From a bacterium (lineage in GTDB: Bacteria; UBA8248), in assembly GCA_965213625.1 (NCBI GenBank), contig CBDBZU010000004.1, forward strand, positions 2,816,001 to 2,880,000: DNA of 64,000 nucleotides. The letters are read 5' to 3'. The notes under the pieces were generated by a model. The model was not told where the DNA came from. It saw only the letters and a program-made list of their open reading frames with translations, and did not search any database. Below, one piece after another: positions 1-10,886 of the stretch (positions are counted from its first letter, which is position 1; each line of letters begins with the position of its first letter). The position numbers and the translations under genes are program-made.

Positions 1-1
1 C

Positions 2-1120
2 CGCCGGGGAGACGACATCATCGATTTCGGCATGGGGAATCCCGATCTCGCCACCCCGCCGCACATTGTGGAAAAACTCGTGGAGGCGGCGACGAACCCC
101 AGAAATCATCGCTACAGCGCTTCGCGCGGCATCACCCGGCTGAGGTCGGCCATCGCCGATTGGTACGGCCGCCGCTATGACGTGAACATCGATCCCGAAG
201 CGGAAGCCATCGTCACCATCGGCGTGAAAGAAGGGCTCTCTCACTTGGCCTTAGCCATCACGAACCCGGGCGATTTGGTCATGGTTCCGAGCCCCACATA
301 CCCCATCCATACCTACGCGATGGTCTTGGCGAACGGCAACGTGGTTCATGTGCCGCTTTCGCAGGGGGATGATTTCTTTGAGAACATGACCGACATCATC
401 CGTCCGATTTGGCCGCGGCCGAAAATTCTCGTCCTGAGTTTCCCGCACAACCCCACAACGGTTTGCGTGGATCTTGATTTTTTTGAAAAAGTCGTCGCAT
501 TCGCGAAAGAATACAACCTCATCGTGGTGCACGATTTCGCATACGCCGACTTGGGTTTCGACGGCTATGAGCCGCCCAGCATACTGCAGGTAAAGGGCGC
601 GAAGGATGTCAGTGTGGAATTTTTCTCCCTCTCAAAGAGCTATTCCATGCCTGGATGGCGGATGGGCTTTGCCGTTGGGAATAAGGAGATCATCGGTGCG
701 CTCAGGCGCATCAAGAGTTATCTGGATTACGGTGCGTTCCAACCCATCCAGATTGCTTCGATTATCGCGCTCAACGGCTCTCAGGAGTGTGTCGAGGAAA
801 TTCGGCAAACTTACGAAAATCGCCGGGACGCGTTGTGCAACGGGCTGGAGAGAATTGGCTGGCCCGTTCAAAAACCAAGAGGCACGATGTTCGTATGGGC
901 GGAGATTCCTCTTGAATATAAAGAATTGGGTTCTCTGGAGTTTTCCAAACTCTTGTTGAGAGAAGCCGAGGTGGCCGTCTCGCCCGGCGTCGGTTTCGGC
1001 GAGTTGGGTGATGGGCATGTGCGCTTTGCGCTCGTGGAAAATGAACACCGCACACGGCAGGCGCTCAGAAACTTGCGACCCCTTTTTCAGGAGAAAGAGC
1101 CCAAGCGGGCGGCGAGCTAG
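2..1120 (+). CDS. alaC: PLP-dependent class I/II aminotransferase, AlaC-like (5' truncated by window edge)
   Basis: Frame open from window start ([15 protein letters not shown]); motifs [35 protein letters not shown] (PLP lysine); directly upstream of hom. Confidence 0.85.
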   Translation, partial: RRGDDIIDFGMGNPDLATPPHIVEKLVEAATNPRNHRYSASRGITRLRSAIADWYGRRYDVNIDPEAEAIVTIGVKEGLSHLALAITNPGDLVMVPSPTYPIHTYAMVLANGNVVHVPLSQGDDFFENMTDIIRPIWPRPKILVLSFPHNPTTVCVDLDFFEKVVAFAKEYNLIVVHDFAYADLGFDGYEPPSILQVKGAKDVSVEFFSLSKSYSMPGWRMGFAVGNKEIIGALRRIKSYLDYGAFQPIQIASIIALNGSQECVEEIRQTYENRRDALCNGLERIGWPVQKPRGTMFVWAEIPLEYKELGSLEFSKLLLREAEVAVSPGVGFGELGDGHVRFALVENEHRTRQALRNLRPLFQEKEPKRAAS

Positions 1121-1146
1121 TACGCCGTTCTTAGGGTCAATGGGAT

Positions 1147-2475
1147 ATGAAGAAAATCTGCGTCGGCATATTGGGTTTGGGCACCGTCGGAAGTGGCGTG
1201 GTGAATTTGCTCGATGAACAGCGGGAGTTGATCAAAAGACGCCTCGGCGTCGAGGTGTGCGTCTCCAGAATTGCGGACCGCAGCGTATTCACCAAGAAAA
1301 AAGAGGCGCGCGGGGTATCTCCCGAGAATATGGGTACGGACTTCGAAGCCGTCATCGACGCGCCCGAGGTCCACGTTGTCGCGGAACTCATCGGCGGAAC
1401 AGACGATGCGAGGCGCCACATCCTGCGAGCGATCGAGAAAAAAAAGCCGGTCGTGACCGCGAACAAGGCGGTGCTCGCCGTGCACGGGGAAGAGATTTTC
1501 GCCGCGGCGGAGAAAGCGGGCTGCCCGCTGGGTTTTGAGGCGTCCGTCGCAGGCGGTATTCCGATTGTCAGAAACTTACGAGAAGCTTTCGCTGCGGATA
1601 AAATCGAGAGGCTCGCCGGCATCCTGAACGGCACGTGCAACTACATTTTGAGTTGTATGACGGAGTTGGGTGCGGATTTCGGCGAAACGCTCAAGAGTGC
1701 GCAGGAACTAGGCTATGCGGAGGCTGACCCGGCTTTCGATATCGACGGTGTTGATGCGTCACATAAGATAGCGATTCTGGCGAATTTGGCATATGGCACG
1801 CCCGTGGATGTCGAGGAATACCACACCGAGGGGATACGCCACATCACGTCCGTAGATATCGATATCGCCAAGGAACTCGGCTACCGGATCAAGCTCGTCG
1901 CCATGGCGCAGGAAAAGGACGGGAAACTCGATATCCGCGTTCATCCGATGATGCTTCCCGAAAGCCATCCCCTATCGCAGGTGGGCGGGGTGTACAATGC
2001 GGTGGCCGTCTCGGGCGTGAATGCCGGGCCGCAGGTTTTCATCGGCAAGGGCGCGGGTTCGGAGGCGACGGCTTCCGCCGTGGTGGGGGACATCATCGAG
2101 GTGGCGAGGTGGCTCAAGAACGGAGGCGACTCGCGAATTCCTGCCGCCGCTTTTTTGCCGGACCAACGCGCTCGCCTCGATATTCTTGCGCCCCGGGAAA
2201 TTACGGCGCGTTTCTATGTTCGATTTGCCGCGCTCGACAAGCCGGGGGTATTGAGCCGCATTTCCGGCGTTTTCGGCGAACACGACATCAGCCTCGAAAC
2301 CGTCGTCCAGAAGGGCCGCGCAGACGAAGACGGCTATGCCCGTTTGGTTTTGCTCACCCACAAGGCGACGGAGGAGAATATGCAAAACGCGCTCGAGGAG
2401 ATTTCCCGCCTCGATGTAGTGCAGCCTACTTACGCGCTCATTCGAGTGGAATCGGATGGCATGGCTTTCATGTGA
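1147..2475 (+). CDS. hom: Homoserine dehydrogenase with C-terminal ACT domain
   Basis: GLGTVGSG Rossmann motif, VVTANKA, FEASVAGGIP, GILNGTCNYIL, GYAEADP, ACT motif DKPGVLSRI. Confidence 0.97.
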   Translation: MKKICVGILGLGTVGSGVVNLLDEQRELIKRRLGVEVCVSRIADRSVFTKKKEARGVSPENMGTDFEAVIDAPEVHVVAELIGGTDDARRHILRAIEKKKPVVTANKAVLAVHGEEIFAAAEKAGCPLGFEASVAGGIPIVRNLREAFAADKIERLAGILNGTCNYILSCMTELGADFGETLKSAQELGYAEADPAFDIDGVDASHKIAILANLAYGTPVDVEEYHTEGIRHITSVDIDIAKELGYRIKLVAMAQEKDGKLDIRVHPMMLPESHPLSQVGGVYNAVAVSGVNAGPQVFIGKGAGSEATASAVVGDIIEVARWLKNGGDSRIPAAAFLPDQRARLDILAPREITARFYVRFAALDKPGVLSRISGVFGEHDISLETVVQKGRADEDGYARLVLLTHKATEENMQNALEEISRLDVVQPTYALIRVESDGMAFM

Positions 2476-2500
2476 GCGAGCAGACAAGAGTTCATCCCTG

Positions 2501-3751
2501 ATGCGGAAAATCCTGATGGTTCTCGTGCGCGGCCTTGCAGACAGGCCCGTGGCGGACTTTGGTGGTGAAACGCCATTGCAAAGGGCGCGTACGCCCGCGC
2601 TGGATCGCCTGGCGGATGCGGGGTTTTCCGGGGTGTGGGCTCCTGGGTCCGATGACGTGTATCCTTCCCTGGATGGATTTCTGAATCAATTCTTCGGTTA
2701 CTCCACTACTATGTCTTCCGGCCTGATGCTGGCCGCCGCCGCTGGCCATCTCCCTGAAACGGGGGAGGCGGTGTTCCGGCTCAACTTCGTCTGCCTGAAG
2801 CCCGGGGCAACGAGTGTCGTCATGCTGGACCCGACAGGCTGCGGCGTCACGGACGAGGAGAACCGCGAACTCATCGCTTATCTGGAGCGTCACATGCCGC
2901 CGGATGAGGGCGAATTTTTCCGCTTCGAATCCCTGGGCGGCAGCGATGCGCTTCTCTTTTATCAGCGTGAAGGCGCGCGCCTCTCACCGGAATCTTTTCA
3001 CGGCTTTGCGCCGCCGCATGCAATCGCCGGAAGGTCCATCGGAGAACATATGCCGGAGGCCGAAGCGGCGCGGCGTTTCGTTCATTTCGTCAACGATTCC
3101 CAGATGGTGCTCTCCACCCACGCGGGATTGCAGGAAAAGGCGCAAACCCGCATGTTCGCGGCGAACTCCGTTTGGCTCTGGGGCGGCGGCTTCGCCGAAG
3201 AGGCGGTGCGGATGTCGGAAAAAACGGGAGGCAGGGAGTCTGCGCTGATAACCGACTCACAACTTGCTACAGGCTTTGCCAAACTGGGGGGCGCGGATGT
3301 ATATGAGCCGGGGGAGGAGGTATCCGCCACGGTGAAAATGGCGCTTTCGCAGCATGATTTCGTCTGCCTGATAGAGGACGCGGATAACATATCCCCTTGG
3401 AGGGAACCGGAGGAGAAAATCGAAGCCATCGAAAAATTCGACGCCGGGGTGATGGCGCCCTTGTTGACAGGCATGAGCGAGCCTTGCCGTATTCTCGTGG
3501 CGGGGGATCATGGGTTCAGTGTGGAATCCCAGGAATGGATCGCCGACCCCGTCCCGTTCGCCATGGCGGATTTCGATGGCGAGACTCTCACGCCGCCGAA
3601 GCGTCCGGGCGGATTGGCCGCCCTTTGGGAGATGATTCGTGGCGATGCGGGGAAGCAAAAAAATTCGGGCACAGGTTTTTCCGAAGAACTTGGGCGGTCG
3701 ACGCGCGTTTATTCACTCGATGCGGTGAAAAAACGCTTGTTCAGTGGATGA
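2501..3751 (+). CDS. ApgM-like (cofactor-independent phosphoglycerate mutase / proposed homoserine kinase family) protein with degenerate active site
   Basis: TPLQRARTPALDRLA, FRLNFV, NSVWLWGGG, KIEAIEKFD, GDH, DPVPF; lies between hom and lysC; several metal ligands substituted; ATG 2501 chosen over 2456. Confidence 0.8.
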   Translation: MRKILMVLVRGLADRPVADFGGETPLQRARTPALDRLADAGFSGVWAPGSDDVYPSLDGFLNQFFGYSTTMSSGLMLAAAAGHLPETGEAVFRLNFVCLKPGATSVVMLDPTGCGVTDEENRELIAYLERHMPPDEGEFFRFESLGGSDALLFYQREGARLSPESFHGFAPPHAIAGRSIGEHMPEAEAARRFVHFVNDSQMVLSTHAGLQEKAQTRMFAANSVWLWGGGFAEEAVRMSEKTGGRESALITDSQLATGFAKLGGADVYEPGEEVSATVKMALSQHDFVCLIEDADNISPWREPEEKIEAIEKFDAGVMAPLLTGMSEPCRILVAGDHGFSVESQEWIADPVPFAMADFDGETLTPPKRPGGLAALWEMIRGDAGKQKNSGTGFSEELGRSTRVYSLDAVKKRLFSG

Positions 3752-3760
3752 TGGGATAAA

Positions 3761-4969
3761 ATGAGTCTTGTCGTAAAAAAATTCGGTGGCACATCGGTTG
3801 CGAATCTGGATAAGATTCGCGGCGTAGTGAAGCGGGTGACGTCGGCCAAAAGTTCATGGGATCGCGTCATCGTCGTGGTGAGCGCGATGGCGGGCGAAAC
3901 CGATAAGCTGATTCGGTTCGCTCACGCGCTATCGCCTCAGCCGGTAGGGCGGGAGATGGATTTGCTGCTCACTTCCGGGGAGCGTATTGCGAGTTCGCTT
4001 CTGGCCATCGCACTCGATGCGTCCGGAATCCCCGCCATCTCCTTAACAGGCGGACAAGCGGGTATTTTGACGGAGGGCGCCCATACGCGCGCGCGCGTGC
4101 GTTCCATCCGCCCGGCAAGGATTTTGAAGGAACTCAACGAGGGAAAAGTGGTCGTTGCCGCGGGTTTTCAGGGAGTCGATGAGTTCGATGAGGAGATGAC
4201 GCTGGGGCGTGGAGGCTCCGACCTCACCGCCGTGGCTTTGGCAGCGGCGCTTGAAGCGGATCGCTGTGAGATTTATACCGATGTGGACGGGGTGTACACG
4301 GCTGACCCGCGCCTTGTCCCCGACGCGAAGCGAATGGAGCAGATATCTTTTGAGGAGATGATGGAACTCGCGTCCCTGGGCACGAAAGTGCTGCAGGCGC
4401 GCTCTGTGGATCTGGCGGCGAAGCATGACCTTCCACTCGTCGTCCGTTCCGCGTTTGATGAAGGAGAGGGAACATTGATCGTTCCAGAATCGACGGGAAT
4501 CGAGTCGCCCGCCGTTCGCGGCGTTAGCTGCGATTCAAAGCAATCGAAACTAACGATTAGCGCCGTGCCCGACAGCCCCGGAATCGCCGCCGCCCTGTTT
4601 GGCCAGTTGGCCGAAAAATCCATCATGGTGGATATGATCGTCCAGAACGTAAGCGAAAACGGCTTGACCGATATCTCCATAACGGTGAACAGCGACATGG
4701 CCGGGCAAGCGGAGCAAATCATGGCGGAATCGAATGAAACCTTCGGCGGCGGCGCCATATCCCGGGATGACGATATCGCGAAAGTCTCCGTCGTGGGCGT
4801 GGGCATGAAAAGCCAGGCCGGCGTGGCGGCGCGCGTTTTCTCCGCATTGGCGAGAAGCCGCATCAACATCATGATGATCTCGACTTCGGAAATTTCCATA
4901 TCCGTCGTGGTTCGCCAGGCGGACTCCGAGAACTCGGTGCGTGTACTGCATAAGGAGTTTATCGGTTGA
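3761..4969 (+). CDS. lysC: Aspartate kinase
   Basis: [37 protein letters not shown], two ACT domains. Confidence 0.97.
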   Translation: MSLVVKKFGGTSVANLDKIRGVVKRVTSAKSSWDRVIVVVSAMAGETDKLIRFAHALSPQPVGREMDLLLTSGERIASSLLAIALDASGIPAISLTGGQAGILTEGAHTRARVRSIRPARILKELNEGKVVVAAGFQGVDEFDEEMTLGRGGSDLTAVALAAALEADRCEIYTDVDGVYTADPRLVPDAKRMEQISFEEMMELASLGTKVLQARSVDLAAKHDLPLVVRSAFDEGEGTLIVPESTGIESPAVRGVSCDSKQSKLTISAVPDSPGIAAALFGQLAEKSIMVDMIVQNVSENGLTDISITVNSDMAGQAEQIMAESNETFGGGAISRDDDIAKVSVVGVGMKSQAGVAARVFSALARSRINIMMISTSEISISVVVRQADSENSVRVLHKEFIG

Positions 4970-5943
4970 GTGATGTGTTGACGTTTCAGGAAGTGATCAT
5001 GGGGCTGGAGCGTTACTGGTCTCAAAAGGGATGCGTCATCCAGCAGCCTTACGACATCGAAGTGGGCGCAGGCACCATGAACCCGGCCACTTTTCTGCGC
5101 GCGCTCGGTCCCGAACCCTGGAAAGTCGCCTACGTCGAGCCCAGCAGAAGGCCTACGGACGGCCGCTACGGGGAGAACCCGAACAGGCTCCAGCACTATT
5201 ATCAGTACCAGGTGATATTGAAACCCTCGCCCATCGACGTGCAGGAGCAGTATCTCGAAAGCCTCGTGAGTTTGGGAATCGACCCGCTCGAGCACGATAT
5301 CCGCTTTGTGGAGGACGACTGGGAATCCCCCAACCTGGGTGCATGGGGCCTGGGCTGGGAAGTTTGGCTCGATGGCATGGAAGTCACGCAGTTCACATAT
5401 TTTCAGCAGGCGGGCGGGCTGGATTTGGAGATGGTTTCTGCAGAATTGACCTATGGGCTCGAGCGCATCGCCATGTACCTGCAAGGGGTGGAAAGCGTGT
5501 ACGACCTCGTCTGGGCGCGGGATACAGACGGTGGAGTGGTCAAATACGCCGATGTGCACCATCAGACGGAAGTGGAATTCAGCCACTATAATTTCGAAGA
5601 GGCGGACGTAAATATCCACTTCGATATTTTTGATAAATACGAGGCGGAAGGGATGCGTCTCGTGGAAAAAGACCTCACGTTTCCCGCCTACGATCACGCA
5701 CTCAAATGCTCGCACACCTTCAATCTTCTGGATGCGCGCGGCGCCATCAGCGTGAGCGAGCGGACGCGCTATATCGGCAGAATCAGGCAAATGGCGCGCG
5801 CGTGCGCCGAGAGTTATCTGAAGTCCCGCTACAAGGCCGGTTTCCCTCTCATCAGGGACGAAGCAAAGCGAAAAGATCATCTCGCCATCTACGCCACTCA
5901 ATACGACGCGGAAGAGGCGAAATCTGGCGCGGGCAAGGGGTAA
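4966..5943 (+). CDS. glyQ: Glycine--tRNA ligase alpha subunit
   Basis: [51 protein letters not shown]; TTG start with AAGGAG RBS. Confidence 0.98.
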   Translation: MSDVLTFQEVIMGLERYWSQKGCVIQQPYDIEVGAGTMNPATFLRALGPEPWKVAYVEPSRRPTDGRYGENPNRLQHYYQYQVILKPSPIDVQEQYLESLVSLGIDPLEHDIRFVEDDWESPNLGAWGLGWEVWLDGMEVTQFTYFQQAGGLDLEMVSAELTYGLERIAMYLQGVESVYDLVWARDTDGGVVKYADVHHQTEVEFSHYNFEEADVNIHFDIFDKYEAEGMRLVEKDLTFPAYDHALKCSHTFNLLDARGAISVSERTRYIGRIRQMARACAESYLKSRYKAGFPLIRDEAKRKDHLAIYATQYDAEEAKSGAGKG

Positions 5944-5955
5944 GGGGGTTTCGGT

Positions 5956-8154
5956 TTGGGCAAAGAGCTGCTTTTTGAAATTGGAACCGAAGAGATCCCC
6001 TCTACGTACATGCCGGGGATGATTGCCGCGCTGAAAGACCGGGCGGAAGCGGCGTTTACCGAAAAGCGCCTGGATTACGAGGGTCTGGAGACGCTCGGAA
6101 CGCCAAGAAGACTTGTATTGCATGTGGCCGATTTGGCGGAGCGTCAACAGCCGCTTCAAGAGGAGATTCTGGGACCTCCCGTGAAAAACGCATTCGATGA
6201 AGACGGGAACCCGACGAAAGCGGCTCTCGGCTTCGCCAGGACGAACGGGGCGGAAGTATCCGAATTAAAGAAGGTGGAAACGCCCAAGGGCGCGCGCCTG
6301 ATGTATTTCAGAGAAGACTTAGGGGGTGAGACCAAAGCCGTTTTGGGGTCTTTGCTGACGAAGCTCATCCAGGATTTGCCGTCTCCTAAATCAATGCGCT
6401 GGGGAGCCGGCAAGTTCTCCTTTGTTCGGCCCGTGCAATGGGTTTTGGCTCTTTATGGCGAGGAATGCGTCGAAGGCTCCGTATCTGGTGAGGATGCTTC
6501 GATTCCTTCCTTTGGTTCGTTCACATACGGCCATAGGTTTCATAGCAATAAAAAACTAAATATCAATAGCTTTCACGAATATATTCAAGTTTTGAATGAA
6601 AATGTTGTAGAGCCTGTCGTCGATGACGGAAACAGGGGCGGGCGCATTCCCATGGTGCGTGAGAGCGTCCTGGAAGCGGCGGAGTCTGCTGGTGGTGAAC
6701 CCGCGGCGGATGCGGAGGCTGTGGAGCGGCTGGTGGAGAAAGTGGCGCATTTGGTCGAGTGGCCGTTTCCTGTGGCGTGCGAGTTCGATGAGAAATTTTT
6801 GGATCTGCCGAGCGAGGTCATCATCTCCACCCTGGAGGTGCACCAGAGATGCTTTGCGCTCAAGGAAAAGGAAGGAGAGCGCCTCATTCCCTCCTTCATC
6901 GGCGTGAGCAACACGCGGGCGAAGGAAATGGGCGTAGTACGGAAAGGTTATGAGCGCGTCGTGCGCGCGAGATTGGAAGACGCTGAATTCTATTGGCGGC
7001 AGGACCTCGGAACGCCCCTCGTCGAAATGGCGGAGGGGTTGAAGGGAGTTGTCTATCACCCGAGACTCGGCACGAGTTGGGACAAGGTCGAGCGCTTCAG
7101 GCGTCTGAGCGCATGGCTGTGCGAGAAGCTCGCTCCGGGCGATACCGCCCTGGCGAGTACCGTGGACGAGGCGGCCGCTCTGTGCAAGGCGGATTTAACC
7201 AGTGGCATGGTCTATGAATTCCCCGAGCTTCAAGGAGTCATGGGCAGGCGCTATGCCGAGCGTGAGGACAGGGACGAGGCGGTATCCCGTGCCATATATG
7301 AGCATTATCTCCCAAGGGGCGAGGGAGACGACCTGCCGGACGACCGTGTAGGCGCAATCGTGGGGCTCGCCGACCGCATGGACACTATCGTCGGCATGGT
7401 GGGACTGGGCTATCTACCCAGCGGCTCTGAGGACCCGTACGCGCTCAGACGCGCTGCTAACGCGATTCTGCTTATCCTGGAAGACAAGGGTTTCAGGATA
7501 TCCTTGCCCGAATGGGTGGGGGTCGCGAGCGAACCTCTTGAGGATAAGTTCAAAGGCGGCGGCGCCAAGGCGTCAAAAAGAATTTTGGGTTTTCTGCGCA
7601 ACCGGGTGTCCGCCTATCTCTCGCGAGGAGGCGCGCGCGGCGACCTGGTGGAGGCGGTACTTGCGGCGGGAGGCGACTCGGGCTGGCGCGATGTGATAGA
7701 TGCGCGGGCGCGTCTCCGCGCATTGGAGCGGTTGGCGTCGAGCGAAGAGACCTTCGAGCCGCTCACGACGACATTCAAACGGGTGAGCAACATCATCCGT
7801 CAGGCGAAAGAGGGTGGTGAACAAGATACAGCGGACAGCCTGGATACGCAGCTTCTTGTGGATGACGCCGAGAAGAGGCTGAACGAGTCATTGGACGCCG
7901 TTTCAGATGCAGTGAAAGAAGTGCTGGCGAACGTCCGCGCGGGAGACGCGACCTCGCTGGAGGAAGCCTACGTTTCGGCGAATACTTCCATCGCGGAAAT
8001 CCGCCCGGTGGTGGATGAGTTTTTCGATGAAGTGATGGTCATGGACGAGGATACCGCTTTAAGGAAAAACCGCCTTGCGCTGATGGCCGGCGTGGGCGCA
8101 CTGTTTTCGGCGAATGCGGATTTCACGAAAATTCAGTTAAGGGCGACGAAATGA
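5956..8154 (+). CDS. glyS: Glycine--tRNA ligase beta subunit
   Basis: LLFEIGTEEIP, TPRRL, MRWG, FVRPVQW, KADL..MVYEFPELQGVMG, GSEDPYALRR, C-terminal DALR domain. Confidence 0.97.
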   Translation: MGKELLFEIGTEEIPSTYMPGMIAALKDRAEAAFTEKRLDYEGLETLGTPRRLVLHVADLAERQQPLQEEILGPPVKNAFDEDGNPTKAALGFARTNGAEVSELKKVETPKGARLMYFREDLGGETKAVLGSLLTKLIQDLPSPKSMRWGAGKFSFVRPVQWVLALYGEECVEGSVSGEDASIPSFGSFTYGHRFHSNKKLNINSFHEYIQVLNENVVEPVVDDGNRGGRIPMVRESVLEAAESAGGEPAADAEAVERLVEKVAHLVEWPFPVACEFDEKFLDLPSEVIISTLEVHQRCFALKEKEGERLIPSFIGVSNTRAKEMGVVRKGYERVVRARLEDAEFYWRQDLGTPLVEMAEGLKGVVYHPRLGTSWDKVERFRRLSAWLCEKLAPGDTALASTVDEAAALCKADLTSGMVYEFPELQGVMGRRYAEREDRDEAVSRAIYEHYLPRGEGDDLPDDRVGAIVGLADRMDTIVGMVGLGYLPSGSEDPYALRRAANAILLILEDKGFRISLPEWVGVASEPLEDKFKGGGAKASKRILGFLRNRVSAYLSRGGARGDLVEAVLAAGGDSGWRDVIDARARLRALERLASSEETFEPLTTTFKRVSNIIRQAKEGGEQDTADSLDTQLLVDDAEKRLNESLDAVSDAVKEVLANVRAGDATSLEEAYVSANTSIAEIRPVVDEFFDEVMVMDEDTALRKNRLALMAGVGALFSANADFTKIQLRATK

Positions 8155-8212
8155 TCAGAGCCGTATGCCGCCACCCATAACTATTGTTTAGTCGCGCGAG
8201 GGGCGCGGGAGG

Positions 8213-10870
8213 ATGCAGGTGATGACGGAAAAGATGATTTATTCCTTTGGGGCCGGGCGAACCGATGGCAGCGCTGAAATGCGCGAACTGTTGGGTGGTA
8301 AGGGCGCGAATCTGGCGGAGATGGCGAGCCTGGACATCCCTGTGCCGCCTGGCTTTACCATCACCACGCAGGTTTGCGTCGATTATCTGAAGCAAAACGC
8401 GTTTCCCGAAGGCCTCTGGGAGGGCGTGAAAGAGCAGATGGCGCGCCTCGAAGAAGCGATGGGAGCGCAATTCGGCGGCGATGAGAATCCACTTTTGGTG
8501 AGCGTGCGTTCGGGCGCGCGCGATTCGATGCCGGGGATGATGGATACCGTCCTGAATTTGGGCATGAACGACATGACGGTTGTCGCCCTCGAGAAAAAAT
8601 CGGGTAGCCGCCGTTTCGCATACGACAGCTACCGCAGGTTCATCAACATGTTCGGCAACGTGGTCCTCGAGATGGAGCACCATGATTTTGAATCGAAGAT
8701 CGAGGCGATGAAACAACGCAAGGGGGCCGCGTCCGATTTGGATCTGACGGCGGACGACTTGGCCGAACTGGTGGACGAATACGCCGCCCTCGTGAAAGAA
8801 AAAACGGGAACGAGTTTCCCTCAGGACCCTTACGAACAACTTCGCCTGGCCATAGAAGCGGTGTTCAAATCCTGGAACAACGATCGCGCCTTTACCTACC
8901 GCAGGCTGTATCACATTCCCCATGACTGGGGCACCGCCGTGAACGTGCAGTGCATGGTCTACGGCAACATGGGAGAGGATTGCGGCACCGGGGTCGCTTT
9001 CTCACGAAACCCTGCGACGGGCGAGCACGCACTCTATGGCGAAATTCTATTCAACGCCCAGGGCGAAGACGTGGTGGCGGGCATCAGGACGCCTGAATCT
9101 ATCGAAAGTCTCAAGGAAAAGATGCCCGAGTGTTACACCGAGTTTGAAATCATTACCGAAAAGCTCGAAGCCCATTACAAAGATATGCAGGACATGGAGT
9201 TCACGATTCAAAACGGACGCCTGTTCATGCTCCAGACGAGAAACGGCAAGCGAACGGCGGCGGCGGCCGTGCGCATCGCCATTCAGTTGGTGAGGGAGAG
9301 CGTGATAGACAGACGAACCGCCTTGAAGATGGTGGATCCTGACAGCCTCGATCAGTTGCTGCATCCGACAATTGATGCCGAGGATGAGTTGAAAGTGGTA
9401 GCCACCGGTCTGGCCGCATCTCCTGGCGCCGCCGTTGGTCGGGTGGTCTTTAGCGCCTCGGACGCTGTGGAGCGGGCCGAAGCAGGGGACCCCGTCATCC
9501 TGGTGCGCCAGGAGACGAGCCCGGAAGATATCAACGGGATGAACGTTTCCCAGGGAATCCTCACGGCTCGCGGCGGACTCACCTCGCATGCGGCCGTCGT
9601 CGCGAGACAGATGGGAAAATGTTGCGTCACCGGTTGCAGCGCCCTGAACGTCATGGCGGATGAAAAGGTGATGCGCATGAATGGCGAGACGGTATTGGAG
9701 GGCGATTATATTTCATTGAACGGTACGACCGGTGAGGTGATTCTGGGCGAGGCGAAACTCAAGCAGCCCGAGCTTTCCGGGGATTTCGCTACCTTGATGG
9801 AATGGGCGGATGAGATCAGAACCATGGGCGTTCGCGCCAACGCCGATACTGTGACGGATAGCGAGGCGGCCCTCAATTTCGGTTGCGAGGGAATCGGCCT
9901 GTGCCGAACGGAGCATATGTTCTTCGAGGGAGAGCGCATCGACTACGTGCGCGCGATGATTCTGGCGGCTACGGAGGAAGGTAGACGAGATGCACTCAAC
10001 CATCTCCTGCCCATGCAGCGCAAGGATTTCATCGGCATCTTCGAAGTTATGAAAGAAAGACCCGTGACGATCAGGTTACTGGATCCGCCGCTTCACGAAT
10101 TTTTGCCCAAAACACAAGAAGACATGGAACATGTGGCCAGGCTCCTGGGCGTGGGTCTCGACACGGTTCGCCAGGCTACCGAAGCGACCGAAGAGCAGAA
10201 CCCCATGTTGGGCCACCGAGGCTGTCGACTGGTAGTCACCTATCCTGAAATTGCCGAAATGCAGGTGCGCGCCATCATCGAGGCGGCCTGTGAGATGAAA
10301 TCACGGGGCGTGGACGTATTGCCTGAAATCATGATTCCTCTTACATCGGGCATAGGGGAGTGGGAGTTCAACCGCGACATCGTGCATGACATCGCCGGTA
10401 AGGTGATCAAGGAAACTGGCGTCACGCCCCGGTATCTTACGGGCACGATGATCGAAATTCCCAGGGCTTGCCTCCTGGCGGGAGAAATTGCCGACAGCGC
10501 GGAATTCTTCAGTTTCGGGACGAACGATTTGACGCAGTTGACCTATGGCTTGAGCCGCGATGACGCAGGTTGGTTCCTGCCTAAATACATCGAAAAGGAT
10601 CTGATTCCCAGAGATCCTTTCGTCGCCGTCGACCGCGAGGGAGTGGGGGAGATGGTGCAAATCGGTATTGAACGCGGCCGCGCGAGAAGGGAAAATCTCG
10701 AGGTGGGCATCTGCGGGGAACATGGCGGCGAACCCACCTCGGTTGAGTTTTGCCACATGATGAAAATGGATTACGTCTCTTGCGCGCCGTACCGGGCGCC
10801 GATTGCGAGGCTCGCCGCTGCCCAGGCGGCAATCACGCACGGCTCATACCAGACGGTTGAGATCCATTGA
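8213..10870 (+). CDS. ppdK: Pyruvate, phosphate dikinase
   Basis: LGGKGANL, SVRSGA..SMPGMMDT, GGLTSHAAVVAR (phospho-His), GLCRTEHMF, FSFGTNDL, GICGEHGG. Confidence 0.98.
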   Translation: MQVMTEKMIYSFGAGRTDGSAEMRELLGGKGANLAEMASLDIPVPPGFTITTQVCVDYLKQNAFPEGLWEGVKEQMARLEEAMGAQFGGDENPLLVSVRSGARDSMPGMMDTVLNLGMNDMTVVALEKKSGSRRFAYDSYRRFINMFGNVVLEMEHHDFESKIEAMKQRKGAASDLDLTADDLAELVDEYAALVKEKTGTSFPQDPYEQLRLAIEAVFKSWNNDRAFTYRRLYHIPHDWGTAVNVQCMVYGNMGEDCGTGVAFSRNPATGEHALYGEILFNAQGEDVVAGIRTPESIESLKEKMPECYTEFEIITEKLEAHYKDMQDMEFTIQNGRLFMLQTRNGKRTAAAAVRIAIQLVRESVIDRRTALKMVDPDSLDQLLHPTIDAEDELKVVATGLAASPGAAVGRVVFSASDAVERAEAGDPVILVRQETSPEDINGMNVSQGILTARGGLTSHAAVVARQMGKCCVTGCSALNVMADEKVMRMNGETVLEGDYISLNGTTGEVILGEAKLKQPELSGDFATLMEWADEIRTMGVRANADTVTDSEAALNFGCEGIGLCRTEHMFFEGERIDYVRAMILAATEEGRRDALNHLLPMQRKDFIGIFEVMKERPVTIRLLDPPLHEFLPKTQEDMEHVARLLGVGLDTVRQATEATEEQNPMLGHRGCRLVVTYPEIAEMQVRAIIEAACEMKSRGVDVLPEIMIPLTSGIGEWEFNRDIVHDIAGKVIKETGVTPRYLTGTMIEIPRACLLAGEIADSAEFFSFGTNDLTQLTYGLSRDDAGWFLPKYIEKDLIPRDPFVAVDREGVGEMVQIGIERGRARRENLEVGICGEHGGEPTSVEFCHMMKMDYVSCAPYRAPIARLAAAQAAITHGSYQTVEIH

Positions 10871-10886
10871 TCGGGATTTCACTTTA

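Noticed and set aside
4273-6159. 628-aa ORF on the - strand opposite lysC/glyQ, and other long antisense ORFs (8123-8923, 53373-54137, 36336-36938)
   Set aside because: Shadow frames of well-conserved + strand genes in GC-rich sequence; no recognisable motifs
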